Source: Paramecium tetraurelia
Lineage: Eukaryota
DNA: 64,000 nt
Assembly (NCBI GenBank): GCA_000165425.1
Contig: CT868119.1
Location: 186,001 to 250,000, forward strand
Reading direction: 5' to 3'
Shown piece after piece: positions 38,810-52,754 of this stretch. The notes under the pieces are model-generated. The model made no database searches. It was not told where the DNA came from and worked only from the letters and a program-made list of their open reading frames with translations. Made by a program: the position numbers and the translations under genes. Position 1 is the first letter of the stretch; every line of letters starts with the position of its first letter.

Positions 38810-40600
38810 CATGGTTCCTATTAAATTTCGAGAAGAAAAATACTTATTATTGAATATAGAGATATTCAAGTTCCTGTGAGAATTTAGAATCAGATTGATT
38901 ATTTTTTTGTAATTGAAATATTATCTTAATACATTATTATATCTTTATTTTAGTAGACTATATATATAAGATCTAAATGAATAATTGATAATTATTTCAA
39001 TTAATGAAGCAATAATGAATATTCACAAAGATCATTTTAGATGATGTGTTTCATCATCAAAATTTTAATAATAATGGTTTTTTTTTCTTTGATACGGTTA
39101 TTAATAAGGGACACTCAAACCTAGATCACGAATTGTTATGATGAATATCTCATTTGGAAGTATTTCATAGAAAAAATTGATTTCCAGTTTCTTCAAAATT
39201 TTATTTTCATTCCATCTTTATATAAAATCATTTATTTCACTAAATGATATCGAAATTTGTAAATAGGAATAGTCCTAATTTGATAAGCTAGTCAATTTTA
39301 GTAGTTTATTACTATTCACATCCATCTGATTAAAAATTTCAAAAATATGATAGAATGCAATTATGAACAGAATTTTATATGTGTGTACTACTAGTTCTAC
39401 TTCATTTGATATGATTTTTATATCATGATGAACAATGGTTTTTAATACTTTCAAAACCTTTAATGCATCAAAAGACTTGATAGTTGATGATTAGAATGTG
39501 AAAGTGGAGGTACAACTTAAATTTAGCCTGATTAAATTTCTAATTATTTTTTATTTTGGCAATTTAAGGATTTTGTAGGTGTTGCTGATATGATTGGTGA
39601 TAAACTATTAAAACTTATTATAGTAATCCTTGATTTGCAGGTATTAACTCAATTCTGTTACATTTGATTTGAAAACTATTAAGAATTAGGTTTTATCGGA
39701 GAATAATTCGGAATAGGATATAATTTGCTTATTTTTAAAGTTAGTTTGTATTTCTAACTCTTATTCCGAGTATTATTGAGCATTCCTTTGTCTCATTCTA
39801 TCAATAATAAATGACTCCAAAGTCTAACCCTAGAATTTGTAGATTCTGAGCATTTATCTCAAACGACACCCTTAACAGTAGTCTAACAAGAGATCGGCTT
39901 AACTAAATTGTTGTTGATGAGCATTTGTTTTAATCAGATGAAATTAAAAACTTTTATATTCAAAATAATAAAATGGTTATTTAATTACAATCGGTATAAA
40001 CTACTCTTTTCATATATGTAATAATTACATTATTAATCCTCTTTTAACTTTAGTAAATATTGCTTCCTCAAAGCCAAATGTAAAAAATAGTAAGTCATTA
40101 TCTATGCTATGATCAAAGAAAAACTTAAAAAATATTACTATGCCATGTATTCATTACCAAGTACAAAGGAAAATAAAATTCTGATTGTTGATATGAAAAT
40201 TATCTAGTGTAAACAATGTTTAAATTCTGTTCCAAATAAAATTATCATCTAAACGACCATAATATTACACCCTTTGGCATATGCCTAATGAATTGAGTAT
40301 GTAGAGTCCAATTAAAAGTACTCTATTGCACAAATATAATTTATCAGTATTAAACATACATGAAGATAAGGTTTTAGTTTAGTGAATAGAATTAATCCAA
40401 TCACACATAAAATTACTATTATTAGTTCAATAGGCCAGGAAGTATTATTTTCATAAACTGAATCAATTATTATTTTGAGTACATTATTTATAAGTACAAT
40501 AGTTATATTTCCTAAGTAAATGACCTTCCTTGCCCATAATCGATTTATTTAATAGTTTTCTTCTAATTATTTAGAATGAAATGTCAACGTAAAATTATTC
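38810..40600 (+). pseudogene. Degenerate gene, possibly a hybrid histidine kinase remnant
   Basis: Coding-like fragments broken by several TGA; weak motifs RILQVLL, FGIGYNL and NKILIVD in kinase-to-receiver order. Confidence 0.3.
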
Positions 40601-41181
40601 ATTATTAAAAATAGATTATTATTATAATCGCTACTTTAAAACTCTCAAATAAAGATATTTTCACTAATTCAATCTCCCTTCTTCTTAATTTGCTCAACTC
40701 ACTCAGAATATTTAAATAATAGCTATCTAAAACATAATTTATCGATTAATTTTTATTTTTACATTCCATGATTAATTATAAAATTTGAATTATGAAATAA
40801 TAATATCAACTCAACAAATAAATAAATAAATAAATAATCAGCTTAATTTATAACATTTTCTCTAAACCTAAAATTATACTCTATATAGAACAATTATGTC
40901 AATTAATTTATTATTTATCTAATATATATTTTATTCAGAAATCAGTTATGAAGGTACAAATAAATTTATAATTTGTATAATTATGGTTATGTAAATTTAC
41001 TTTGCAAATGCAGAATCGACCCAACACAATTGATTATAACCTTTTTTGTAGCGAACCATGAATAATTTCAGAATAGGTGGTTTGATATAAATGAAATATT
41101 TATTTAATTAAATTCCATTTTATAAATTAATATTATAAAAGAAAATGCCTCTGAATTTAAATAAATAAAATTGCGTATTAA

Positions 41182-42938
41182 ATGTCCCAATTCTTATAAC
41201 CCACAATCCTCCTATTGAGAGAAGGCACTGACACATCTCAAGGAAGAGCACAAATTGTCTCCAATATTAATGCAGTCTAAGCTGTGGCTGATGTGGTCAA
41301 GAGCACCCTGGGACCCAGAGGAATGGATAAAATGATTTAGACTGGCCCTAAAGTTACTATTTCCAATGATGGAGCAACAATTCTGAATTTATTAGAAGTT
41401 GTGCATCCTGCTGCAAGAGTTTTAGTAGACATTGCCAAATCCTAAGATGATGAGGTTGGTGATGGTACAACTTCTACTACTCTTTTGGCAGCTGAATTAC
41501 TTAAGGAGGCCAAGCCATTCATAGAGGAAGGAATCCATCCATAAATAGTTATTTAAGGATATAGAAAGGCTTTGGAGTTGGCATTAGAAAAATTAGAGGG
41601 GTTTTCAATTAATATTGCCAAGGATTCTGCACAAGACAAAAGGGATACCTTATTAAAATGTGCTTAAACAGCTTTGAATTCCAAATTAGTATTATGATAT
41701 TTAAATTGCTAGTTAGCTAACACAAAGCACTTTTTTAGTGAATTGGTTGTTTCAGCAGTTGAAAAATTAGATCCTAATATATTGGATAGAGATTTGATAG
41801 GAATAAAGAATGTGACTGGAGGTAGTGTGACTGATTCATTTTTGGTTGATGGAGTAGCATTTAAGAAAACATTCTCTTATGCTGGATTTGAACAATAACC
41901 AAAGAGATTTGAGAATCCAAAGATCTGTCTATTGAATCTAGAATTAGAATTGAAGAGTGAGAAGGAGAATGCTGAAATCAGAATTGAGAAACCTGAAGAG
42001 TATTAATCCATAGTAGATGCTGAATGGGCTTTAATATATGAGAAATTAGAAATTATTGTTAAAGCTGGTGCATAGATTGTGTTATCAAAATTACCCATTG
42101 GAGATTTGGCCACACAATATTTTGCAGATAGAAATATCTTTTGTGCTGGTAGAGTTGCTCAAGAGGATTTGTTAAGAGTACAAAAAGTAAATTCTAAATT
42201 AATAAACTAGGCAACTGGTGGTTAAGTATAAACAACTGTTAATGGATTAAATCCAGAGACCTTTGGAACATGTGGTTTGTTTGAAGAAGTTTAGGTTGGT
42301 GCTGAAAGATATAATTTATTTAAAAATTGTCCTTAAGTAATCAATTTGAATTATGAACATAGTCAAGAACTGCTACTATTGTTTTGAGAGGTGGAGCAGA
42401 ACAATTTATTCAAGAAGCAGAAAGATCTTTGAATGATGCAATCATGATTGTGAGAAGATGTTTCAAAGCAAATAAAATAGTAGCTGGAGGTGGTGCAATT
42501 GAATTAGAAATTTCAAGATTTCTAAGACATTATGCTAGATCAGTCACAGGAAAGACATAATACATAGTCAATTCCTATGCAAAAGCACTTGAAGTCATTC
42601 CCAGAACAATTGCTGAAAATGCTGGTTTGAATTCAATTGAAATCATGAATAAATTGAGATAAAAACATGCATAAGGTGATGAAGAAGGTAGATGGTATGG
42701 TGTTGACATTAATGGTGCATCTGGAGTTTGTGATACACATTCATCATTTGTATGGGAGCCAACCTTAGTCAAAAGAAATGCTCTGTGTTCTGCTACTGAA
42801 GTATTTTCAATTTCAATTTAGGCTGCTTGTGCGATTCTCTCTATTGATGAGACAGTTAAGAATCCTAAATCAGATTAGGATACCAAAATGAAGCCTAAAG
42901 GACAACCAGGAAGACCACCTATGGGTATGAGAAGATGA
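41182..42938 (+). CDS. CCT7: T-complex protein 1 subunit eta
   Basis: [68 protein letters not shown]. Confidence 0.97.
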
Positions 42939-43093
42939 GTGTTTTATAATATAAAAATTAATATTTGAGTATTTGAGAATAAATACTTGGTAATTATGTC
43001 AATGTTGTAGATGAGTTCTGAGTATCGATATTATGAATAATAATGCTTTTAAAAATTATTATGGTTTTATGATGATTATTTTTAACAATTGAA

Positions 43094-43334
43094 TCATTCT
43101 TCTCTTAATGGTACAATTGCTGGTGCTACAATTTTTAATACTTCTACTAATCTTCTGTGGCAATCCAATACAGCTTAATGATCGCTATCTTAAAATTTTC
43201 CGACAGGTCTTTACCCTATTCAATCATTTAATTATTTGTTTACCTGTAATTTATTTATAGCAAACTCTAAATAGTCTATTAACTGTCTCTTGATTTGCAA
43301 TTGATAAGATACGGTCTGCTTAGGCTTCACTCAT
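43094..43334 (-). CDS. Small Tim (Tim8/9/10/13)-like protein with only two cysteines
   Basis: About 70 aa: NQETVNRLFRVCYKQITGQRPVGKFQDSDHQAVLDCHRRLVEVLKIV; helix-loop-helix spacing of small Tims; one intron. Confidence 0.5.
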
Positions 43335-43564
43335 CTTCACAAAAATTAAATTATATATATATTAATATTATATATCTACAAATTTTATCTTTTAATTTAC
43401 CCATATATAAGTTTATTCCTCAATTTGTAATATCAACTCTATATACTGGAGTAGATTAATAATTTAAGATTTGTATTCTTAAAAAATGTCAATATAACTA
43501 CATTATAAATAGATTGTTATCATATGAATATTTTTAATTTGGATTATTATTTATATGAAATAAT

Positions 43565-44005
43565 TCAATCTGTGAAATAAAAGAAATCCTGAGCTGCATT
43601 ATCGTATAATCACATACAAAAACATCCGACTATTTTTTAATAGAATGCTTACGTCCATAGCTAAACACTGCAGGGAACCAGAAATTTCGAATATTCTTTT
43701 TGTACCATGCTCCATAAAAGAGTCTTTTGAATAAATATTCCTTGGGACCTCCAAACATATAATGAAAATTGTGATGTTGATTCGATAATGATCTTGAATG
43801 CTAAATAAAACCCTTAAATGTTTTATCAACCGATTTTTACTCTTTCATAGTTGAATTTATCTTGATAGTTTGATAAATTATTCTTGCTATTATGTGCCAT
43901 TGATTCTGCTCTTTCTGGTAGATGTCTCAAACCACCTCTAAAAGTTCTAAATTCATCAGACTTATATTCACTAACATATGTCAATCCTGCTCCCTTTGCG
44001 TTCAT
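43565..44005 (-). CDS. UQCRQ: Ciliate complex III subunit QCR8/UQCRQ-like, with an in-frame TGA near the 3' end
   Basis: MNAKGAGLTYVSEYKSDEFRTFRGGLRH..YERGFIQHSRS..WYKKNIRNFWFP..GCFCM*LYDNAAQDFFYFTD; closely resembles the Tetrahymena subunit as I recall it; two introns. Confidence 0.65.
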
Positions 44006-44542
44006 TATTTAAGATATTAATGAATTTAATCTAATAACCAAAAATAAATATAAAATCTCTCTCTATTTTAATGTGAATATGCTTAGTAATTTATTCAACT
44101 TAAACATAATATCATTAATCATTTCGTATACACATATGTCGGTAAGAAACTTCTTTAAATTTGTTAAGGTTTGCCTTAGTAGTCAGCTTATTATTATTTC
44201 ATTTCTTAATGGCTATGATAAATTAAACTTTCTATTTTAGAATTCGCTATTGAAAAATATTGATCCAAAATGTTTTTATTCTATTAATTTGTTTGTAAAA
44301 GCATTCTAATTTTTGAATGAGATTTGGGTTGAAAGTAAGAATAAAAATATTTCAAAAATTAAATTCAGTTTTTTATACATATTTTATCTTCTCTTTTAAT
44401 ACTGAAGTAGACTGATATATAGTATAAAAATAAACATAAAGAAGAAACAAAAATTAAAAAGAAAAGAAATGAATAATATAACATAATTTATTTGATTTAT
44501 AATATTTTAACAGATTATTATAATTTTTAACGTATAATTAAA

Positions 44543-45576
44543 ATGCTTCAAGAGCAGTACAGATTCTTTGGTAAGGAAATAGTCAATTCTTCTGGTGAAT
44601 TTTATAAGGAAAACATTGACAGGAATAAATCAAAGCATTTAACAGTGCTACCTAGATATTTAAAACTGAATTTATGGTGTGGGGAAAAGGAAAACTAGAT
44701 GGAAGAGGAGCCCAATATTAATTAATTGTGTCAATTTGATTAATAGATAATAAAGGATCCATAGTTTACACCAATATACAATTAAGAAATATTTTAATAT
44801 CTATTAAGTTAAGAACAGAAATATCTAGTTAATAACAATTATATGAATGAACAGCAATAACCAGACTTAAATGCAAGAATGAGATCTATTTTAGTTGATT
44901 GGTTAGTGGATGTCCACCTTAAATTTAAATTAAGGGATGAAACCTTATATTTAACATCGTATTTAATTGATAGATTTTTGAATATTCAAAAAACAACTAG
45001 ATAACAATTATAATTAGTAGGAGTAGCTTCGTTATTTATAGCTTGTAAATATGAAGAAATATACCCCCCAGATCTAAAGGATTTTGTTTATATAACTGAT
45101 AATGCATATACAAAACAGGATGTTTTGGATATGGAAGGTCAAATTTTATAGACTCTAGGTTTCTCAATTACTCAACCATCTAGCTATAGTTTCCTATAGA
45201 GATTCGGCAGAATAGCCGGATTGGATACAAAAAATTTATTTTTGGCCCAATATTTATTGGAACTGTCAATAGTCGACATCAAATTCATGAATTATAAACC
45301 ATCTTTCTTGACCTCTGCAGCTATTTATTTAGTCCATAAGATAAGGTATCAAACTTATATTTTCATAGAAAGACTCCTTAATCTTGGAATGAAGAGATGC
45401 AAAGCACAACAGGATACAATGAATAAGAACTAAGATTTTGTGCTAAAGAAATGTGTTTGGTCCTTCAATCTTCAGATAAATCAAATCTCTAAGCAGTAAG
45501 AAAGAAGTTTGCTTAGCCAAAATATCTAGAAGTTTCTAGAATCAGAGTTGAAAGACAAACTAAACCATAAAAATGA
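44543..45576 (+). CDS. Mitotic (A/B-type) cyclin
   Basis: Cyclin box [47 protein letters not shown]-terminal D-box-like RFFGKEIVN. Confidence 0.95.
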
Positions 45577-45684
45577 ATTTTTAATTCATTTCTAGTTATA
45601 TTTATACAAATACATATACATGAGTAAATATCAATAATAAAATATTCTATCATAATTTAATTAAAGTAGGATATTCAATTATTA

Positions 45685-46908
45685 TCATTCATATTGTTAA
45701 GTGAATTAACGAGATATGTTAGCACTCTTGGCAACATATGAATTAGCACTTTTGGTTCTAAATCTGTAAGCATCAAAGGATCTTCTTGAAGCCAATGTTA
45801 TGATTTTGTCCTTATTGAATCTCTCATTAATATCTTAAACGCAATGTCTATTGATATTGACCCACCTAGTCTCATTTGCTTATTTTTGCAATAGATGAGT
45901 TGCTTATTCACTTGCAACTTTTTACATAAATGCTGATATCTGACAGGATTATCTTTTTTTCAAAACCATTAATTTATTTTTCACTTTTGATTTTAACTAA
46001 ATATGAATCATTAGAATAATACAATCATTTCTTGTTATTTCTTTTCCAAATACTCAATAAAATCTGCTTCTTCCTTAACTTTTTCTGCCTACTAAAATTC
46101 CTTTAATTTTAAAAGCTATTTCTATTTCTATCTTAAATCTAGAACTTTTTTCGAAACCTTAAACACTTTGGGCTATAGCTCTTCTTAAAATTACTTGCTC
46201 ATCTCTTAAACTGTTTTTTTTTGTTATTCCTAAAAAAATCATTATTGTTATTTACTATTAGCATATTAAATTTATAAAATCTACTATTTTGGAAATCGAT
46301 TACAAACTCATTCCACTTTTTTTATTAATGAAATTAATGTTCAAAGGCAGCTTTTTAGATCAAAGTTTCTTAATATTTTTGTAATTGTTTTATGTAGTTT
46401 TTCCACCTTCTTTACTACTTTGTTTTTACTTCGGATATTCTATTCTCAATTCTATTCATTTCCCTTGCATCCCCATTTTTGCAACAGACTTTATAATAAT
46501 CTTTGAGCATAATTATTAAATCATTTATTTTGGGATTATTTAAATAATCTATTCTCCTTCTATCTCTTTGATTTCCTTCTATTTAAGCTATTAGCATTTC
46601 ACTCTGTATTTAATTTAAACTTAATTCCTGTTATTGTTACATTACAGATTGTCTTAACTCTTCATAATAATCTATTTCTGTAATGAGCATTATAATATCT
46701 TCAATTGCAAATTCCTTGCATTCTTTAAGCAAAAGGTTGTCGAAGTAAATTTTGTCTATAAAATTAGAATCTAAATACAATCCTTATTGCATTCATAAAT
46801 ATTAAACAAAATTTTATCTATCTACTCTAACTATATAAATCCAACTTATTATTCATCCTATTGATTGAAAAGCCTCATAAGAGTGCCTAGTTTCAGAGTA
46901 TTAATCAT
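45685..46908 (-). CDS. Hypothetical protein with EF-hand-like N-terminus
   Basis: MINTLKLGTLMRLFNQQDEQQVGFIQLEQIDKILFNI..., followed by a Q/K/E-rich region. Confidence 0.55.
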
Positions 46909-47862
46909 TTATAAATAATAACAAAAATTAATATTTTTATAGTTTATGATAATAGATTGATTGATTTCAATAAGTATTAAAAGACAATCAAAATAGATAT
47001 GCAAAATTAATGACGGAATAATACTCAATAAAAGATCTAAATCCTACAGTTATAAAATTATATATATTTAAAAGAACATTAGTTTCTCTCATATTTATTA
47101 TAATATTATATGTAGATGCTATATTAGAATAAATAAGTTAATATTTATTATTGTAAGTAACTACTTTTTGAAATTTTATATTTTTCTCTTCTTCTTATTT
47201 ATTATTTATTAAAACTGAAATTTATTAAATTTCTAAAGTGAATCTCTTTCATCTTTTAGGAAAATTTGACTACTAAATCTTTAATTTTAAAAATCTTTAA
47301 CAATTATTTAATAATATCTATTCAAACATCAAAACTATAATATGATTTGAATAATGAATACTTAGGTTTCTAATATAAATTTACACGTGTTTTTTTGAAA
47401 TATTAAATCTTTTTAAAATTATTTCTATTCTGCATAGACTTAAAATAAGAATTCATTATTTTTTCGTTTAGTTGAACACAGCACTAGAATTCAATCTGAT
47501 TTATAAATACTATTAAATTGAAATAATAATGTCATTAAAATAAGCATAGTATTTATTTTTTAAGATGACAAATTTGATATATGTTATCTTTTATATTTTC
47601 TATTTTAAAACAAACAAATGTAAAGGTTAGGCTAATTAAAATGGATTAGATGCAGTAATTATATCTATAAAATAAACAGTTTTATAAATAAAATAATAGA
47701 TCCGTTAAACTTATAGATGCGTTTTTGATGCATCCTTAAAGGAGAAACAATAAATGGATCAATTACTAATGATCATATATTATAATGCTTTCGTAATCTT
47801 GTATCTTAGAGTAATTTGTAATAATTTCTTCGGTGTCTTAGATAACAAATTAAATAATAAAA

Positions 47863-49894
47863 ATGAAAGCTAAAGCAATAATTGAAGTTGTCGTTTTTTT
47901 GGATTCTCTTAAAACCATTGGGATCTTTTTATTGGATGAGGGAATGTATCAAATAAGGATTAACTTATATATATAGAGTGTAAGTGATTTTGAGTATTGC
48001 AGTCCCAAAATTTGAAGATTCCTCTCACTCCGAAAGAAACTTTGTTGTTCAAGAGAAATGAATAACAATACTTGCCACAACACACAATAGATAATTTCTA
48101 CATGAGTGATGCTTTCTTATTGAGATAATGGACAGAAGAAGTACTAAATTATTTAAATTGGAAAGGAAAGATTTGAGATAAAGAACGGGTGTAGGTTCAG
48201 TGGTGCAATTCCACATAATTTGAAAGAGCAACCATGTTTTATGGAGATCGAATTGATGTATTATGATTTAGCATAGAAAATTGTTTCGTTTTAAAGCATA
48301 TCGATAGCAAAGTTTAAAATTGAAAACCTATCCAATGGGATCTATGAATATGTTCCTGTGATACTAGGAGAAGATCACTTCAGTTTATTGAATATCATGG
48401 TATGATTGAATATCTAAGAGATTAGGTCATTTGTTCCTTGACTAGTTTTGATATTTAACTATAGCAAGTGTAAAATGAGGATAAAAAGGGAGCAGATCAA
48501 CATCTACATATAAATATGAGGCAACTGTACAACAAGGTGTTGGAACCTCTGAAAACATCATATCGAAACATGCAGACATTCTATTATAATATGGAGTTGG
48601 AAATGGAAAGACCAAGCAGTAGCGGGGGTATGCAATACCATGTGAGATAAACTAAGAATTTTTAGGTAATGTCATTATCGAGTGCGGATTCATTATTAAA
48701 AAATGAACAAAACACTTAATTAATAAGCAAAGTAATGGCTAATGAGTTTAAAGTGTTACAAAGTACAATAAATCAATTGTGGCATAAAATAATCATTGGA
48801 TTAAAGCTCGGACATTAAAAAATATTAAGATAATTGAAAAAGGAGTCATTAACAAATTTTTAAAGTCGATACTCTGCATTCACTCAAAAAGAAGTAATCC
48901 CTGTGGTAGATCATCAATACACTATGATTCCTTAATAACAGAAATAAAGTCAAGAGTAGGCAGACTTACAAAGCAAAAGATTGGAGTATTAGAAATTGTT
49001 ACTCCAAGGCCCATCTAAAATAGTTGATTTAAAAATAATAGACGAAATCAAAGATAAGTTAATGATTGTTGAAAAGCATTACGTTACTAGACAGACCTTT
49101 TAGTTGTCTAGATCTAAGTTGCACCTTATCGTTTTGGTTCATGGTTATTAGGGACATTCTTATGATATGAGATTATTGGAGAATTACATGTGTTTGAGGT
49201 TTCCTTAGCATATGTTGTTGGTATCATTATGTAATCAACAAAACACAGAAGGAGATATATTACAAATGGGCAAATACCTTAGTGATGAAATTAAAAACTA
49301 CATTGCAACATGGTCTTACACAGATAAACTAGTAATCTCCTTTATTGGGCACTCGTTAGGAGGGTTGATCATAAGAGCAGCATTGCCCTATTTGGATTTT
49401 GAATTTCATACATTTCTAACATTGGGAACACCTCATTTGGGAAATGTTACTAATCAAAGGCCATTAATAAAATTTGGAATGTGGTTTTTTTAAAAACTAA
49501 AGAAATCTCTAAGTTTGTCTCAATTGAATTGCTATGATGATACTTTATTAAAGCTATCACAATTTCCTGGACTGAATAAATTTAAGCATATCATTTTGTT
49601 TGGGTCTTAATAGGATCATTATGTGAATAGTGAAAGTAGTTTGCTCATGAAAGTCTCAGGAATTGAAAATGAGTAACAGCATAACGAAATGGCAACCAAC
49701 ATTTTAAGATAATTACATCAAAACGAAGTTTTAAGGATTAGTATAGATTATAAATTTTATGATGGGTATGTATTATAATCATAATTGTTAGAGATTTTGA
49801 TACGTTTTTAGGAAGAAAAGCACATATTGCAATATTGGAATCACATTTTCTAAATTAATATATAATTTATAACTTGGGAGACTATTTTAAATGA
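47863..49894 (+). CDS. FAM135-like putative serine hydrolase (DUF676)
   Basis: HLIVLVHGYQG, ISFIGHSLGGLIIRAAL (GxSxG), FLTLGTPHLG, FLGRKAHIAILE; FAM135-type N-terminus GMYQIR. Confidence 0.88.
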
Positions 49895-50080
49895 ATTGAT
49901 ACGATTGTATAATAATTAAAAATTATATTCTTTTGTTATTTATATGATGAAAATCATTTGATTCCCAGAACAAGTATCTATTTACAAGTGTTATACAAAT
50001 TTATTTATACGATAAAGTTTAATTAGTAGGAATGTTTACATATAAATCCTTATAGTGTGTTAAAATTCATAATTAAATTT

Positions 50081-51260
50081 ATGTTCACATAATTAAATAA
50101 GAAATTAACATTATCATCTTCCTTCAAAACTGCTCCAAATATTGGACTCATCAAATATTGGGGAAAATGGAATGAAAGGGAAATCATACCATTGAATACT
50201 AATATTGGTGTGACTTTAAATCCTAAGGATATATTCACAACAACAACTTTAACATTGAATCCAGAAACAGATAAGAATTAATTACTTATTAATGGAAAAG
50301 ACTTTCACATTAGTAATAGGATTGAGAGACTCTTCGGTATATTCAGAGAATAAATACTATAATCAAAATAATTCGCATCTAACAAGTACAAAAATTCTCC
50401 TTCAGATAAACCCTTGGGATAGGTTATTCCTGATATAGAAAAGTATGGAATTAGAGTTGAATCAAATAATTCATTTCCAACTGGAAGTGGATTGGCATCA
50501 TCATCATCAGGGTTATCTGCACTTGCATTATGCTTATAGGATATTCTGAAGACTGATATTGATGTTCGATATTTGAGTAGAATTGGATCAGGAAGTGCCT
50601 GCAGATGTTTATATGGAAATCTTGTATTGTTTCCAGGTGTCTAATTATCAAACTTAGATAAATCAGATCCAGAAACTATAAGTTTGGAAAGCAAAAGATG
50701 TTTGCCATATGAAGTTCAAAGTAGCAAATGGTTGAAAGATAAAGTTTCTATTGTCATATTGACTGATACTCATTAAGGATAAAAAGATGTACTTTCGAAA
50801 GATGGAATGAAATTGACATGGGAAACTAGCAAACTCATTTAGGGGAGAGTTAGACAATACGTTGAATAACACATCACTGAATTGCAATCAGCTTTGGAGA
50901 AACAGGACTTTAACAAGGTTATGGAAATAATCATTAAAGATAGTAACCAATTTCATGCTACTTGTATGGATACATACCCACCACTATTATATTTGAATGA
51001 TTTCTCCAGACAAATTATTAAGATGGTTCATATCTTCAATAGAAATGCAAAACATATTGTTGGGTATACATTTGATGCAGGTGCTCATGCTGTATTGTTG
51101 ATTCATAATGATGAATTGCAGTCCTTTAAGAAGTTCTTATCAGAAGCAGGTAAATAAACATATCAATATCTTAGAAAACTTATTTACAAAGTAGAAGTAC
51201 ATCATTCCAAGTTAACAATTTTGGACATCAATTGGAGAGGGTCCAATCAATTTGAATTGA
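50081..51260 (+). CDS. MVD: Diphosphomevalonate decarboxylase
   Basis: APNIGLIKYWGK, NSFPTGSGLASSSSG, SRIGSGSACR, DSNQFHATCMDTYPP, YTFDAGAHA. Confidence 0.96.
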
Positions 51261-51290
51261 ATAATTTGATTGTGTATTTTATATTATTTA

Positions 51291-52244
51291 TCATTATCTT
51301 AAAATACTTCTTTCGCTAGTGCATAATAAATGATGCTATAAGAAATAACATGGAAACACTATGTCACCATCAAAGTACATTTAAGATAACAAATACACGT
51401 TTCCATTCTTGGCCAAGTGTCTTCTGAATTCCACCAATTGCACATTCAATAATATGAAGGTATATAAAGCAAACAGGACTAAGATCCTTATAAAAATGAC
51501 TTTTTATTGTACCAAATTATTGCTGTTGCTGCATCCTGGATATTCAGATATAATCCAACAAATAGGATTTCAAACAGAAGCACAAATGATATTCTAGTTA
51601 ATAATTTAATTACTGAGTAAGTACCTCCATGGTTGATCACAAACGAGGAAGCAGTTTTTAATGCCTTCTGACTTATCCAAGTGGAAACAAAGTAAAATTA
51701 CAAGTAAGTTGATTAAGAGTAAACCAATAACAACTTCCAAATGCAATTATGGGTATAAGACTACTGCATATATAAACCAAAATAATCTCACTAAAGTATT
51801 AACTCCCTATTTTATGGTTATTTAATTTTACAAACAAAAATACGTTTTTAGGCTATTTTTGAGATGATGATTCACTAAATTATACTATTGCAATTGACAA
51901 GAGGTAGAGCATCAAAAGCACAACCCAAATAATAAATGGTATTTGCTATATCTATTCACTAAATTTGAAAAATGTTAATAATCCAATCATCAACAAAGCA
52001 ACAGCAAAATGACTCAATAATACTAATAAATATTTGAATTGATTCTCCTAAATCTAAGCTTACTATTCCTCAATACTAGGTCCTCTATTTATTATTGGTT
52101 CTGTAATTGATATCACCTACTACATAGTATTCGTTATAGCTGATTTTCTAACAAACATGTCTAACAGTCCATCCATTAAAGGCTTCTTGTCCTAATTTAT
52201 TTGTTATTCTTTTCGCTTACTTCTACTTAATCTCGTTATTGCAT
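51291..52244 (-). CDS. Multi-pass membrane protein, Bax inhibitor-1/TMBIM-like
   Basis: Hydrophilic N-terminus then about 6-7 hydrophobic segments ending YLLSQMYFDGDIVFP, reminiscent of the LYxDI end of TMBIM proteins. Confidence 0.45.
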
Positions 52245-52754
52245 TTCTCCAATTTAATAACAATTAATAATTAAATACTAATAAATAATAAATTTTTATT
52301 AATAAATCATTAACTCATTTTCATCCTCTTCAACGATATGCCATTAAAAAGGTTTCTCTTTGCTTATGTGTTTTAGTGAATTGATAGAGTAAATTTAATT
52401 AAAAAGAATTTTAAATGTCAATGTACTAAAAATTAAATATTTATTACAATTACTATTGTTATAAGGATAATTTAAGATAGTTCCTATTGAATTCGAAATA
52501 TTTATTCTTTAAACTCATCTCAATGAAACTTTATCCATTTATCCCTAGTTGATTTATTCTATTAGATGAATTTATAATTTTATATTAATTTAATCATTAG
52601 CTAATGTATGTTACTTTTCTTCTTTATTTATAGATTTTTAATCCATTTAATTTAGCTCTTCTTATAATGAGATTTTTAATGATTTTATAAAATTAATTTT
52701 AGATAAATATTATTTATTGTATGGAAGTTGGATAATACTACATATTTTCTAAAA

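Noticed and set aside
40815..40837. (AAAT)n microsatellite
   Set aside because: Short and expected in very AT-rich intergenic DNA.
43610..43612. Selenocysteine reading of the UQCRQ TGA
   Set aside because: The homologous residue appears to be Arg rather than Cys, and I see no SECIS-like hairpin in the AT-rich 3' flank.
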